A DNA stretch of 62,910 nucleotides, counting the filler, from Globobulimina sp. (Eukaryota): NCBI GenBank assembly GCA_003354225.1. It is 54 parts of 54 records of this genome, joined end to end, with 100 filler letters (N's around TTAATTAATTAA, not from the genome) between each part and the next. Parts side by side here need not be neighbours in the genome. Positions count along the whole stretch, not along the records: positions 35,024 to 36,090 come from PIVH01024410.1; positions 36,191 to 37,257 come from PIVH01024411.1; positions 37,358 to 38,424 come from PIVH01024412.1; positions 38,525 to 39,590 come from PIVH01024413.1; positions 39,691 to 40,756 come from PIVH01024414.1; positions 40,857 to 41,922 come from PIVH01024415.1; positions 42,023 to 43,088 come from PIVH01024416.1; positions 43,189 to 44,254 come from PIVH01024417.1; 46 more parts are not named here. One strand, written 5' to 3'. This document shows positions 35,353-49,205 of the stretch, in pieces (the first letter of the stretch is position 1; the number at the start of each line of letters is the position of its first letter). The notes beneath the pieces were generated by a model. That model ran no database searches and was not told where the DNA came from. It saw only the letters and a program-made list of their open reading frames with translations. The translations under genes were made by a program, and so were the position numbers.

Positions 35353-35608
35353 GAAGTGCACACAGCGATAATGTAAAGGAGAAATTGCCATCACCAACAA
35401 TGAGGATGTTACATGGTCTGTGTTTGTGTGGTTTGCATTTTGTTTTTATAATTGAATTCAATACTGTGTATGTTATTGGTTGGAATGACAATGATTCGAT
35501 GATACATTGATTCCATAAATGATTGACACAACGCAGGTTTGGGAGCTCTCTGTCTTCCACGAAAGACATGATATGTGGTACTATCCATTCATCGACCAAT
35601 GGCTGCAT
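35350..35608 (-). CDS. F-box plus the start of a DUF2431/BMT5-like methyltransferase domain, truncated by a junction
   Basis: IVPHIMSFVEDRELPNLRCVNHLWNQ (F-box) and ILIVGDGNFSFTLSL. Confidence 0.6.
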
Positions 35609-35702
35609 TAAATTGCTAAATGTGGAACTATAGACTGTTTTTTCCAGAGGTGCAAGAAAAACATTTATATTTACTGTTTAATATTAAATTAAACATAACA
35701 AT

Positions 35703-36090
35703 CAATTCAAATTCAAACTTTCCTTCCTCTTAGAACTGTATTCACCATACTTGCGTATCCTTACAGACAACTTTTTTCTTACTTTCTCAATTATCTCTTG
35801 ATCCAATGTCAAAAAATCCTGACAAGTCACATACACCAAAGAAATAACGGCAATCGGTTGTGATTTATCCACAGCACATCCTAAGCGCGCTATATATTGA
35901 TCCAACCTTTTTGCTGCATCGAAATTGATCACAACATTCAGTGGCAATGAGATACCTTTTGCTAATAAATCACTACAAAATAATATTCCACCATCGACTC
36001 GGAAATTTGTTAATGTCCGTTCCCTCACTTCATTGTCCCTTTCATCACCATCTAAACAAAAAATGTGACGCCACGGCACACTCAAACGCC
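35703..36090 (-). CDS. Degenerate DEAD-box helicase C-terminal domain
   Basis: ILFCSDLLAKGIS (motif V), VVINFD and YIARLG (decayed motif VI). Confidence 0.7.
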
Positions 36091-37357
36091 NNNNNNNNNN
36101 NNNNNNNNNNNNNNNNNNNNNNNNNNNNNNNNNNTTAATTAATTAANNNNNNNNNNNNNNNNNNNNNNNNNNNNNNNNNNNNNNNNNNNNAAGCTTTCAT
36201 AATATTTTAATGCTTTCGTCACTCTTTGAACCGCTTTGCATCCATTTACTGCGCAGTTAGCACTGTCATTTATTTCTGTGCTTAAAAAAAAATTAAAATC
36301 AAGGCTTGGAGGCACAGATTGATTATGATTATGATTATGATTTGCGTGTTGATGAGGAGTCGCCATATCGGCCCAAACTAATATAAAATTAAATAAATTA
36401 TTTTTGGTTTTTGTACCTTAAACCGCTGGGAAACAGATACCAATCACCACAACAATGCAATATCATAACATTGTCACTTTCCACAATGGCCACACAACGA
36501 CGTGTTAGTATGTATGTGACGGCTAATCATATTATCTCAAAGGTATTTGTCTGTTGCAGTCCACTAATTGGTGATTGGCATCTTCTTTCCGTCTGCTGTT
36601 TTAGATGAATCACTTAACATTCTCAAGGATGGTATTCAATTAATTCAACTCACCAAAACTTTTTTTGCTTTTTTGTTAGTATTCCTTTGTCAAATGTTCT
36701 AAAGTATGTTGAGTGGTGAATTTCTGATTTCTGTTATTTGTTGAGATACTTCTTATAATTTACTAAATGTGCAAAAGTGTTGTCCAAAAGTCTAAAAACA
36801 TTTTAACAATGGGCCTAAAGCCATGGAATTACGCAGTACTAGTTTAAAGATAGAATTCGTATTATAATTAGTACACAAATCGCACTGACATCACTGCTCC
36901 GCGCTATCTTGTAATGGTTGAAACGGAGTCAAAAAAGTTAATTAACACTCTTCAAGTCATTTATTACCATCTTCTCAGTGTATAATTTGTTTTTTGATGG
37001 TGTGCATTCCGCATTTTGTGTGATTTTTTGTACCATGATCTTGTCACTCCCGAACATTGCGAATATCGACGCTTTACCTTACTTATTGTTTCTATATTTT
37101 TATGCTTTGCTTCATTCCGTATCGTTCCTTGTAATGATTGTTTGCAATTCATATCATTCCTGGTAATGATGGTTTCATTGGTTTGACATCTTTCGATTTC
37201 TGTTTGATTAAATTCAATATCAAAGGAACAGCACAAGTTATCTCTATATGCAGTGGGNNNNNNNNNNNNNNNNNNNNNNNNNNNNNNNNNNNNNNNNNNN
37301 NTTAATTAATTAANNNNNNNNNNNNNNNNNNNNNNNNNNNNNNNNNNNNNNNNNNNN

Positions 37358-38026
37358 AATATCTTTACCTAATCCTAAACCACCATCACCTTTATCATAA
37401 CCAGCAACATATATTTTACCAGTATCACTTAAAAATGTTGTATAACACCCTGCTGTGGCTACTTTTTGAATCGATAATGATGTATTAATTGGTGTCCATT
37501 GATTATTATTTGCCTCATTTGTTTTTATACCAAATTGATTATTATAATTGTCACCGACAGCATATAATATATTATCGCTTGAAATACAAAACGAGTGATA
37601 TGATTCATTTGTTGATGCAAATATATTTTTTATTTTCATATCTTTCATCTGATGCCATATATTAATATTATTATAATGTCCAAGACCCAATACACCCCAT
37701 TTATTATTACCACAGCATTCGTATGTTTTATCATCAAATAAAATATATGTTGCAACACCACAAAAACCACCACAAGTAACAATATTTTTTATCTTTTTTT
37801 TAAATGTTTTTATTTTAGTTACTTTTCTAATATTTTCATTTCCTCCATTTCCTTGTTGTTCATCTAGATCTCTGTTGTTACCAATAGAATATAAAATCAA
37901 TAAAATATAATAATGAAATACATGAATAATAATAATAATATCTGTATGGATGAATTGAGTCTTACATTTTCTAACGTATCCACTTACTAATAATTGGGAC
38001 CGTCTTTTCCTGGCAGGATGGTTCAT
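37358..38026 (-). CDS. RCC1/BLIP-II repeat protein with an N-terminal LLVSGYVR box, partial
   Basis: CGNNKWGVLGLGH, HSF, VGDNYNNQFG and GKIYVAG..GGLGLG. Confidence 0.85.
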
Positions 38027-38148
38027 TGTTGGTTACTGTGAAGCGAAACTGAAACTTAGTGTTTACTTCATTTCATTTCATTTCATAAATCTAGTATTTC
38101 ATCGATCATCGTTTCCGCTTACTAATAATTATTAAATATAAAAATCAA

Positions 38149-38424
38149 ATGTCATTTGGTAAACGAAGACCAGGGGATTGGATGTGTCCAACTTGCAACT
38201 TTGTAATCTGGGCAAGAAAGAGCTGCTGCAATAAATGTGGTACAGTAAATCCTGCCAAACAATTTGGTGGAGGCTCAAGTTCAAGACCCGGCGATTGGAT
38301 GTGTCACAATTGTAATTTTTTAATATGGGGAAGCAAACATTCATGCACAAAGTGTGGTGCTATGAACGCTAACAAATCGCATCATATAATGGCGAAGAAC
38401 AAAAACAAAACTATCCACATCCAC
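38149..38424 (+). CDS. RanBP2-type zinc-finger protein (2 fingers), partial
   Basis: RPGDWMCxxCNF.IW..KxxCxKCG occurs twice. Confidence 0.92.
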
Positions 38425-38524
38425 NNNNNNNNNNNNNNNNNNNNNNNNNNNNNNNNNNNNNNNNNNNNTTAATTAATTAANNNNNNNNNNNNNNNNNNNN
38501 NNNNNNNNNNNNNNNNNNNNNNNN

Positions 38525-39410
38525 GATTGAATCGTCATTTTGGCAGTAATTGGTCGCGATTATTAAGGGGTTTTTCTGTAGATTGACAAATTTATTATTA
38601 TGTTTTGGCTTTGATGCCTTCTTCTTATTGGTACGACGGTATTTATTCATTTGTATAATATTTATGTATTTTGTGAGGGATTTGTATGTACGGTGGAGGG
38701 GATGATAGGAGTCGTTGTAATATACTCTGGCTAACTGCCGCATTGTTAGGTAATGCGCTCTCTGTTCAATGGGTTCTATCTGCAGTATGAAGCGTATTAT
38801 ATCCATTGGTTGATCTAGACGGCATGGCACGGCTAATCGGAGGAATTTATTTTGGAGTTTATTGAGGATATTGGAGGAGTCATATGGATGGTAATGGGAT
38901 AATCCATATTCCATTCTGGATCTGGCGAGTGATTTATATAGGATTGATATGGACAGTGGAGATAATTTTATTCCAGATTTGATGGTGAAGAATAACCGCC
39001 AGTAACATTTAATGGTTTTTGCTTTTACTTTTTGGAGATGGGCCTTGAAATTCATTCTCTCATCGAACCATAGGCCCAAATATCGGATTACTTTCTCGTA
39101 TTTTATTGGAGCTGATTGGATTGTATACTTACTCACTAATTCAGTTGTATTTGTGGATGGATTTATTAATTGTTTATATTTAGGATAGAATCGGATAGGT
39201 TTGCAGTGCGAAATAGTTATGGAAGCGCATTTGGACGGATTTATCATAAGTTGCCATTGGTCGCACCAATCACTAAAATGGTTTAACTCCTTTTGTAGGA
39301 ATTTATATCGAATGGGATCTCTCGAACCAGGGCTGGTCCAAAATGCTGTGTCATCCGCAAAGCATGCAAAGTGGACAAAGTTTGGATGTTTCAGTTTATA
39401 ATCATTGGTG
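38525..39410 (-). mobile_element. Non-LTR (LINE) reverse transcriptase, C-terminal part
   Basis: FADDTA, WCDQWQLMINPSKC, IRYLGLWFD and LYKSLARSRMEYG. Confidence 0.9.
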
Positions 39411-39690
39411 AATAGTATACAGTGGTAACTCCTATAAGAGGAAGAATCATACAAATGATCATAATGTATGATTTTTTTTTTTTGAAGGGGCTCTCGTCCG
39501 AGATAATGGATCATACAAAATCATACAAAATCATACAATATGATCACAAAAAAAAACCAGGAGAGGATTTATCAGGTAAATTTGGTCATANNNNNNNNNN
39601 NNNNNNNNNNNNNNNNNNNNNNNNNNNNNNNNNNTTAATTAATTAANNNNNNNNNNNNNNNNNNNNNNNNNNNNNNNNNNNNNNNNNNNN

Positions 39691-40300
39691 TGTTGAATCT
39701 CAATTAACGACAACAAACATTCCATACTAAATCTAATAAATATATATTAAAACAATGCACATATTAAATACAGATTAAATGTACATACTCTTTGCTTAGA
39801 TGACCAATAAATAAATGAACACATTCTTCATGACATAAAATGTTTTGTAACGAATGGTTTTGTATATTTTCTATTAACTCTTGCTTAGAATCTTCAGTGT
39901 TCTTTTTGGAGACTATAAAGGTCGATATATAGCACATTGTGAAATACGTCAAAGACATTAAAACACCGACCACAGCGATTCCGTGTTTGAATTTAATTAA
40001 AATCAAAGCAGCACCAATTACCAACCAAGCTAATACAGAAAGTAATAACTTTGCATGTATTTTGGATTCCCAATGAATATAAAATATGTCATTCCAGGAT
40101 GGTGTGATGGAAACAATAACAGGATAGAATATAAACGCTGGCAATAAGCTAATTAGACTCAACACGGCAGCCCAAACAGCATACTTTGCATCAGTTAATA
40201 TTGAAACTGATAAACAGTGGACAGTGAATCCAATGCCATGAACAAAAGCAAACAATTTAAAAACATAACGGTTGTTTCCATATTTATGACACATTGCGTT
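39691..40300 (-). CDS. 7TM-RGS protein (last TMs plus start of the RGS box; intron 39788-39733)
   Basis: TM helices, then LQNIL..LFIGHLSKE|FSMECLLSLIEIQ (RGS helices 3-4) after splicing. Confidence 0.75.
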
Positions 40301-41149
40301 CTCCCATTTTTTTTTGCGACACGATATTGACTATTTTAAAATGCCATCCTTGTTCGACTAGTTTTCTAAAATGCCATCAAAGTTTTGCTTTTTCACTTCA
40401 AAAGAGAGGAGCTCGACATAAATCTGCCATGAATTTGCGAATTCAATTTTAATCTGCCATCAAAGCCAAATTGAGTCTAAAGAAAGATCAGCCATATCGG
40501 TATGCTGTAGAATTTAAATGTCAATTACCACAGAATCTGATTACAAAATTAAAGATTACATCGCCGATTAAATCATCCGCAGAATTTGAGAGTTATTTTG
40601 ATAGTTATTTTGATGTGCCATGGATATCAAAAGTAACTGATAACGCAGAAACCACTGAATATTGATCTATTTCATTGCGAATACGGAGGATATCTGCATG
40701 CCAAGTATGCAATGCATATGAAAGATGTCTCAGTTTATATGCTTTGATTACTGATGNNNNNNNNNNNNNNNNNNNNNNNNNNNNNNNNNNNNNNNNNNNN
40801 TTAATTAATTAANNNNNNNNNNNNNNNNNNNNNNNNNNNNNNNNNNNNNNNNNNNNCGTCGTCGACGTTTTTCTTGTTTGGTTGATGAGGTTGTTTTTGA
40901 TGTGGTGTGCCAGGAACGACCTGGATATCATCGATTCTGTTTCTTTGGTGGTAGATAGAACAGAAAATGTGCTCTATATCAAACGCAGAAGGCGGGAAGG
41001 TGACGAAAGGATGCTTTGGACTTAGTGACTTCAAAAAAACTAGTAAGGTTTGGTTTTAAAATGCAAGTCTTCAGGTTAATAATGATCAGATCAAACTTAA
41101 TTTAAAATTTGTTATAACAATAATGTAGAGTTTTTTTATTTTATACAGC

Positions 41150-41771
41150 TTGATCTGATTATTTTATATACAGCTTTTTTGCAAACAACGAACAAAATTC
41201 GTTGACAATTTATAATTATATGTCTTTGGATGAATATGGCGAAGGTATATTTTCCCAGAAATCATGTACCAGCCATTTCGATGCTGACTTATTAACAATA
41301 ATTTTATTATCAGAGGAAATTGATGGGTTGGAAGTAGTATCTTCATTCGACCAAAATAATGAAATAGTTTGGCAACCGATGAAATATGATAATTGCAGCG
41401 ATGCTGAGTTGATTGTATTTGGCGGGGCATTGCTTCAAACCCTCTCACAACAAAGATATCCAGCACTTGTTCATCGAGTTCAGCGAAAGAAAAAATCAAG
41501 AATTAGCACAGTATTTAAATTAAAAGCAAACTATGGATTACCAATTCGCAGTGTAATCGATGTTAATCCAATAGTTACACAAGTGCCATCGCCAAATATT
41601 GCATGTAAAGATGGTATGAGTGTTGCAGAATACATGGATGATATCGGTTGGTGGAATTCTGCCCAGCGACTACAAATTATGCAGCAATATATGGATGCTG
41701 ACGAGTTGGTTGCTTGTCGAAAATGGAATAAATGCAAGTTCCCTCATTACAAACAAATGCAAATTTCCTAA
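41150..41771 (+). CDS. 2OG-Fe(II) oxygenase (IPNS-like), C-terminal exon
   Basis: HFDADLLTI, GLEV, LVHRV and RIS (HxD...H...RxS). Confidence 0.85.
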
Positions 41772-42037
41772 AATAATTTTTTGTTTAAATCCATATGATT
41801 GCCAATTAAAACGTGTATACTTGTCCTTGCACTCTTGTATACCTTCGCCATATTCATCTCGAAATGGGATGAATTCAAATGCACAGATTCTGAGTCGATT
41901 GGAACTGATTTATCGGCGAAACNNNNNNNNNNNNNNNNNNNNNNNNNNNNNNNNNNNNNNNNNNNNTTAATTAATTAANNNNNNNNNNNNNNNNNNNNNN
42001 NNNNNNNNNNNNNNNNNNNNNNACAAATATTACCAGA

Positions 42038-42448
42038 ATGCATTTGTTGTTTTTGGGTGTTATTCTTCTGTCAAAATGTTCATTTTTTGTTGTTGCATTG
42101 GCTGCATTTATTACGATTTCACAAAATAAATATTTAAAACAAAGCGGTTTGTTTAAAAATGAAATAAATAAATTGAAAAAAGAAAACAATGAAATTAAAG
42201 ATACGTTAGCTTCTCAAATGTCAAAACAAAGTCAACATTCAAATGTTGAAGTAAGTTTGCTTAGCAATAAAATATATAAATTGGAAATGGAAAACAATGA
42301 AATCAAAGCAAAATTTGCTTCATCTCAAACATTGTTACAATGGTTGAAAGAATCAAAAGACAAAGTACTCAAAAATTGTATGACTGAAATGGATACAATG
42401 AGAGCCCAAATCAAAGCACTCAAAGAACAACATCAACAATCAAAATAA
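42038..42448 (+). CDS. TM-anchored coiled-coil protein
   Basis: Hydrophobic N-terminus followed by heptad repeats. Confidence 0.5.
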   Translation: MHLLFLGVILLSKCSFFVVALAAFITISQNKYLKQSGLFKNEINKLKKENNEIKDTLASQMSKQSQHSNVEVSLLSNKIYKLEMENNEIKAKFASSQTLLQWLKESKDKVLKNCMTEMDTMRAQIKALKEQHQQSK

Positions 42449-42556
42449 AAGAAAATTATTAAGTTATCAATTTGAATTTTGTTTGAACGATTTATCGTTG
42501 AGTGATCTTGCGATATTTTTAATTTATTTCTATGTACACGTTTATTGAATTTCTTA

Positions 42557-43088
42557 CTATTGCGGCCTTATCCAATTTGCTGTGCAGATTCCAGCATTGA
42601 TTAAATTTGTTGACAGCAATGATTTAATGACGCCATCATGAGATACCACAAGAATATTATTCTCCGTCCTCGCTTGTATCCATTCCTTAAACTCTTTCAT
42701 TCGTTTTTCAAATTTGTCAACACTCTCCGGATAAGTCCACCATTCTTCCTTCAAATTATTCCAATTATTTAAATATTTTATATCCGGAAACTTTGACAGC
42801 AAAACATTTTTATTACTTCCAATATCACACAATTTATAGCCATGTTCAGATGCAAGTGGTTGTAAAATAATTTTATTTGAGTATTGTTTACATTTATTTT
42901 CAATTAAAATTAGCATTGTGTGCAATGTGCGGAGCAACGGACTGGTTACAATTAATTCGACGTTATCAAAATATTTAGGAAATTCATTGATTATCTGACT
43001 CTGTAAAACCTCCACTTGTTTTATTCCGGTTTCTGTGAGTTTTGCATCTCTTTCATTCAATGCTTTCCAATTAATATTTACAATCATA
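42557..43088 (-). CDS. Histidine phosphatase (phosphoglycerate mutase-like), 5' truncated
   Basis: DAKLTETGIKQ, TSPLLRT, PESV and VVSHDGVI. Confidence 0.88.
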
Positions 43089-43189
43089 NNNNNNNNNNNN
43101 NNNNNNNNNNNNNNNNNNNNNNNNNNNNNNNNTTAATTAATTAANNNNNNNNNNNNNNNNNNNNNNNNNNNNNNNNNNNNNNNNNNNNC

Positions 43190-44053
<864 letters not shown>

Positions 44054-44097
44054 TCTCTCTCAAGAGTTTTTTAGCAGTTTTTTAGCAAAAACCTTTG

Positions 44098-44225
44098 GAG
44101 CCTAGGTTTCCTAAATAGTTGCCGCGCAACTATTTAGTTGCTATTTCAGACTAAAAACGAAAATATGCAACTATTTAGTTACTATTTAGCAACTATTTAG
44201 GCAACTATTTAGGAAACCTAGGCTC
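44098..44225. mobile_element. 128-bp MITE with perfect 26-bp TIRs and an 8-bp TSD (AACCTTTG)
   Basis: TIR GAGCCTAGGTTTCCTAAATAGTTGCC at 44098-44123 and its reverse complement at 44200-44225. TSD at 44090-44097 and 44226-44233. Internal CAACTATTTAG repeats. Confidence 0.92.
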
Positions 44226-44692
44226 AACCTTTGTGATGAAGATGAAACATGCCANNNNNNNNNNNNNNNNNNNNNNNNNNNNNNNNNNNNNNNNNNNNTT
44301 AATTAATTAANNNNNNNNNNNNNNNNNNNNNNNNNNNNNNNNNNNNNNNNNNNNTGTCTTTAATGTGTGAGTGCAATGTCATTTCATATATAAACCATGA
44401 ACATAACAATCGCGTGGTGTCTCTGCCAGCAATAATTATATTTAACGCAATGTCTCTTTGTATTCGAAAAACATTGCATTGGTTTCAAGTAAAATCTGTT
44501 CAAATATATTACGAATCTCATAAATACAGATTCTGTATAACAATTTTAATGAAAACATGCAATGTTTTCTATTTCATGCGTATTGCTCAAATAAATCAGA
44601 ATCTGTCTCAGGTTCATTACTTTTGTTTATTTTCGATCGGAATTATTGTAGCATTCGAAAAGCAAAAAAATGCCTATCAAATTTTGTAATAC

Positions 44693-45151
44693 CTCAATTC
44701 GTTTCTATTCAATTCTTTATTATGCGCCATAAACAACGAGAGTATGTCGTTATTTTTATTTCCAAATTCGTCCGATAGGCCATATATTTCCTTCTGTCTT
44801 TGCTTTAAAACTGTTTCATAAAAATCATCAATAATCTGAATATTTTTGGTGGTACTTTTTTCGTTTCCAATATTAAAATATTTAGTTATCTTCCAAAACC
44901 ACCAAGGAACAACCATTCGAAACGACATTTGATATATAATTTCATCAAATGCGTCCCTGAAAGCACATGCATTGTCATTCAATGAATTCACACTTTTCCC
45001 AAAAGCAATATTGCTAAAAGCATCCAGAGTGAATCGGGAAAATATGTCATGAATATCTACCCGATCCAAAGTATCTAATTTGTTAATTACTAATTTAGAA
45101 TGAAAAACACCACACGCAAACATATAATACTTCAGGCTGCGCATTGAAAAC
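44693..45151 (-). CDS. Cytochrome P450 (CYP86/704-like) internal exon; the next expected exon is not found
   Basis: DIFSRFTLDAF..IAFG and DILSLFM..ELR. No AGRDTT exon is recognisable downstream. Confidence 0.75.
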
Positions 45152-45557
45152 CTTTCACAGTAAAATATATAAAGGAATTACTATTTATACGTGCATACTG
45201 ACATACATTCTGCTGGCAAATTGTTGATGCAATCTCCATTGCGGAGGGTCTGACTGCGACATATATACAATGTGCACCTAGTTATTAGATGAAGAAAATA
45301 CATACCACAAATATTCCATGTCCCAATAGCTCATTAAAAATTGATTGTACTCCAGGCCCTTTTTTAAATTTTTCAAATTGTGTTTCGAAAACATATTTTA
45401 TCAAATTTGGCTCACACAATNNNNNNNNNNNNNNNNNNNNNNNNNNNNNNNNNNNNNNNNNNNNTTAATTAATTAANNNNNNNNNNNNNNNNNNNNNNNN
45501 NNNNNNNNNNNNNNNNNNNNCACACGTACACCAAATTCAAATAAAAACACATAACAG

Positions 45558-46254
45558 AAATCAGCTTTAACAATAAGACTGGTCACCGATGATTTCTTGG
45601 ATGAATATGGTTAATTTTATATTTCTATATCGCAAAATAGTGAATAATAACACAAATATGCATATTATAATAGACCCAACCATCGAAGATTCGTATCGTA
45701 AACAGGTTCAAATTGATGGGAAACCCGCTCTTTTAGATATTTTAGATACAGCCGGTATGCATAGTATATAATTATAATACAATATACATATAAATATGTT
45801 TCAGGCCAAGAAGAGTTTTCGTCAATGCAAGATCAATGGATCCGTGAAGGCAGAGGGTTTTTATTGGTATATGCAATTAATTCACACAATACATTCAGAA
45901 AAATTGAGGAATTAAGGTATGTTACCAATGGAGGCGGCGTTTCACACCAAACATACATGAATAAATAGAGAAAAAATCTTGCGAACAAAAGACGTGGACA
46001 ACGGCGATAATATTCCAATATGTATAGCAGGGAATAAATGCGATTTGGTGGATGAAAGGAAGGTGTCATATAAAGAAGGGTCGCAATTGGCGGATGCATG
46101 GAAGTGTTCGTTTTTCGAAACATCTGCAAAAACAAAAGTAAATAATGTTGCGTGTTTTTATAAAATTGTAAGATTAATTCGAGAGTTACCGGAGAACAAA
46201 CCCGCTCAGAAAGAGAGCAAAAAAAAAAGAGGATTCTTCTGCGCCATATTATAA
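45558..46254 (+). CDS. Ras-family small GTPase, multi-exon, 5' truncated
   Basis: Spliced [32 protein letters not shown]..|..GNKCDL..ETSAK, ending in a polybasic tract and the CaaX box CAIL. Confidence 0.93.
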
Positions 46255-46751
46255 TTTGTATTTTTTTAAAGAAAAAAATAACTAAAAAAAATATATCGAT
46301 ATCGCAATATGACTTATCGTGTTTTGTGTTGCAATGTGTTTGAATGATATATTAAATGTTTGTGCATGCATTTAATTCAATGTTTTTAGTTGTATTGTTG
46401 GTCAAAAAATTGTTACAAACAACGGGTATTCCGCCATACATTCTGAGCCATTCGGATCACACTTCTTCTGTTTTTTAAAGTTTTTTAATGTACATTGATT
46501 TCTTAAGTTTTGAAGAAGAAATGATCCTTTGCGTGTAATGTGGAGACATTGAGTTGAAGTAGGAATGCTTTGATTTTTTTGGGGATNNNNNNNNNNNNNN
46601 NNNNNNNNNNNNNNNNNNNNNNNNNNNNNNTTAATTAATTAANNNNNNNNNNNNNNNNNNNNNNNNNNNNNNNNNNNNNNNNNNNNGTGGAGTCTAGGTG
46701 GACTATGACTAGCTAGTAAATGTAAGTTAAAGTAGAAAACAGTCTTAGTTG

Positions 46752-47324
46752 TCAGTTTACCACACATTTTGAACATTTATGTTGTTTCTCTCCCGAATGC
46801 TTTCTTTTATGCGAATTAATAACACTTTTTGACTTAAATGCTTTACCACAAACCTCGCATTTAAATGGTGTCTCACCTGAATGGAGTCGACAGTGCTGTG
46901 TCCAACTACTTTTTTTATAAAATTGTTTGTGGCAAATATCGCATTCAAATTTTTTCTCTTTATTATGAATAAAACGAATATGTTTTGTTAAATCTCCGTT
47001 CCTTTTAAATGATGAATCGCAATCATTGCAGTTGAATTTTCTGTTGTCATTATGTGTATATTTCATATGTTCTGTTAAACCTCCATTTAATTTAAATCCT
47101 TTATTGCATAATGTGCAATTAAATGGTCTCTCTTCTCTATGGATTCGGCAATGTCGCGACCATTTGGATTTATCATAAAACGTTTTCTCACAAACGGCAC
47201 ATATATAATTTACTATCTTCAGATGTTTCTCTTTAATATGATACACAACATTTCCTTTTGAACCATAGCATTTATCGCATTGATTACATTTAAATGGCTT
47301 CAGTTTACCTTTTGCAATCAACAT
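46752..47324 (-). CDS. Tandem C2H2 zinc-finger protein
   Basis: At least six CxxC-x12-HxxxH fingers with HSGE(T/K) linkers. Confidence 0.92.
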   Translation of the reverse strand: MLIAKGKLKPFKCNQCDKCYGSKGNVVYHIKEKHLKIVNYICAVCEKTFYDKSKWSRHCRIHREERPFNCTLCNKGFKLNGGLTEHMKYTHNDNRKFNCNDCDSSFKRNGDLTKHIRFIHNKEKKFECDICHKQFYKKSSWTQHCRLHSGETPFKCEVCGKAFKSKSVINSHKRKHSGEKQHKCSKCVVN

Positions 47325-48789
47325 CTGACTAGTACTTAGAGATCTTTTTTTTATTTGTTTTTCCGAAGCAGCTTCGAAAAATTTCTAGCAATTTCTAGTG
47401 TCGTTTCTTCACTGTACAACGTGCACTTTTATTTTTATTTTAAAGCCAAGATACTGTCTAAAGCCGGTCATCAAAAAACCTGTGAATCCTGCTTTCAGTT
47501 GAAACCATGGCAGTGGCCATAATCACCGCCATATCCTCCACGTGTATTTTAGCACTGATCATTTCTTTAACACGCAACATTTCTTCATCACCATCATATT
47601 CATGCAGCACCAACGTCGTCATCAGCTTACTGACCATATCCACATATTTCGCGTATCAATTAATTATTTGAATTTATTTTATATTTATTTATGTTGGATT
47701 TGGGTCATTCACATTCTATTTGTGGTGTTATGTATGGGCTTATTTATGGTGANNNNNNNNNNNNNNNNNNNNNNNNNNNNNNNNNNNNNNNNNNNNTTAA
47801 TTAATTAANNNNNNNNNNNNNNNNNNNNNNNNNNNNNNNNNNNNNNNNNNNNCTAGTAAAGGCCTTACAGTTCTATCGTTTAACTAATTTTGATTAACTG
47901 GTCACAATATTTTGTACACTGTGACTTACTTTCATGTCCTCTATTTCGTGAAAGTTCTTGTTATTGTATGGAATAAATTTCTCACGCATGATCGGCAGGT
48001 TATATGTCTTGAATAAATGAACTTGGCTCAATTGAAATATTTTCCCGAAATGTATAGTAGTAAAATATGTCCAATGGCTTAATAAAGAAAATGCCGTGCA
48101 GTAGTTGGGACAAAATGTTATTTTACCATTATTTCGATCAATAGCGGGGTGGGTTGTCCGTAAACAAAATGTAAACATTGTATGACGTTTTCCTTTTCAT
48201 ATAAATGGCGTCTGGATAGGTATAATTCTGGTACTAACAGTTAAAACGGTATATTAAACTGTTTTAAAAGCATAATATTTGTCGTAATCATTCATATAAA
48301 CATTTTTGATTAAATCACAATGTATAAATAGATTGAGAATTGATTAGAATATGTTGCGTCATTATTGTCAGTCATGTAAAAAGGGATCTGATACTGGGGA
48401 TTTTTAATAAACCATTATCCGATCAAAATAAAATGATTCGATAAATTATCACATTATAAAAGATGAGATTTTTGTCAACTTTAGTTTTGTTTTTTTTGCA
48501 CGGTTCAAATGGGTAATGGCGACTGCAAGTTAACGAAGAAGTTGTATGTATGCAAAGGATCGCTGACTTTAGATCAATTTGTGATCGCAAATTCGGGGAG
48601 TATTGAAAAATTCTCCCTCAAAAACCCTGATATCACCTTCTCAGTCGACCGACCGATAGATATTAGCCTTTTATTCCCTAATTTGACCTACTTATCGATT
48701 CCGAAACGCCTATGCAAGATGTTCTGTACCAGCAAATTCATAGAGAAGGCGGGGAGATGTAACAATGTGACAAAATGTATGCATTAATA

Positions 48790-48820
<31 letters not shown>

Positions 48821-49205
48821 ATGATTAATCTCTTTTTTGGTATTTTTAGGTTGTGGGCAGGTTGCACAATTATCAATCCCTACACTGAACGGTGTGTATC
48901 TGTAATTCAATATATTGANNNNNNNNNNNNNNNNNNNNNNNNNNNNNNNNNNNNNNNNNNNNTTAATTAATTAANNNNNNNNNNNNNNNNNNNNNNNNNN
49001 NNNNNNNNNNNNNNNNNNCAGCAAGTGTTTTTAATTTGTAACGTTGTATACAAAATAGAAAAAAGCAAGACAAGTATAATAAAACCACCACTTTTGGCTA
49101 ACAACAACAAAAAAAAATAGGCCAAAAGATAGTGTTTTTTTTGAAAGAAAAAACAAGCACAAAAAATTAATTTGCTTTAGTTATGATAATTTTCTTGTTT
49201 TTGAG

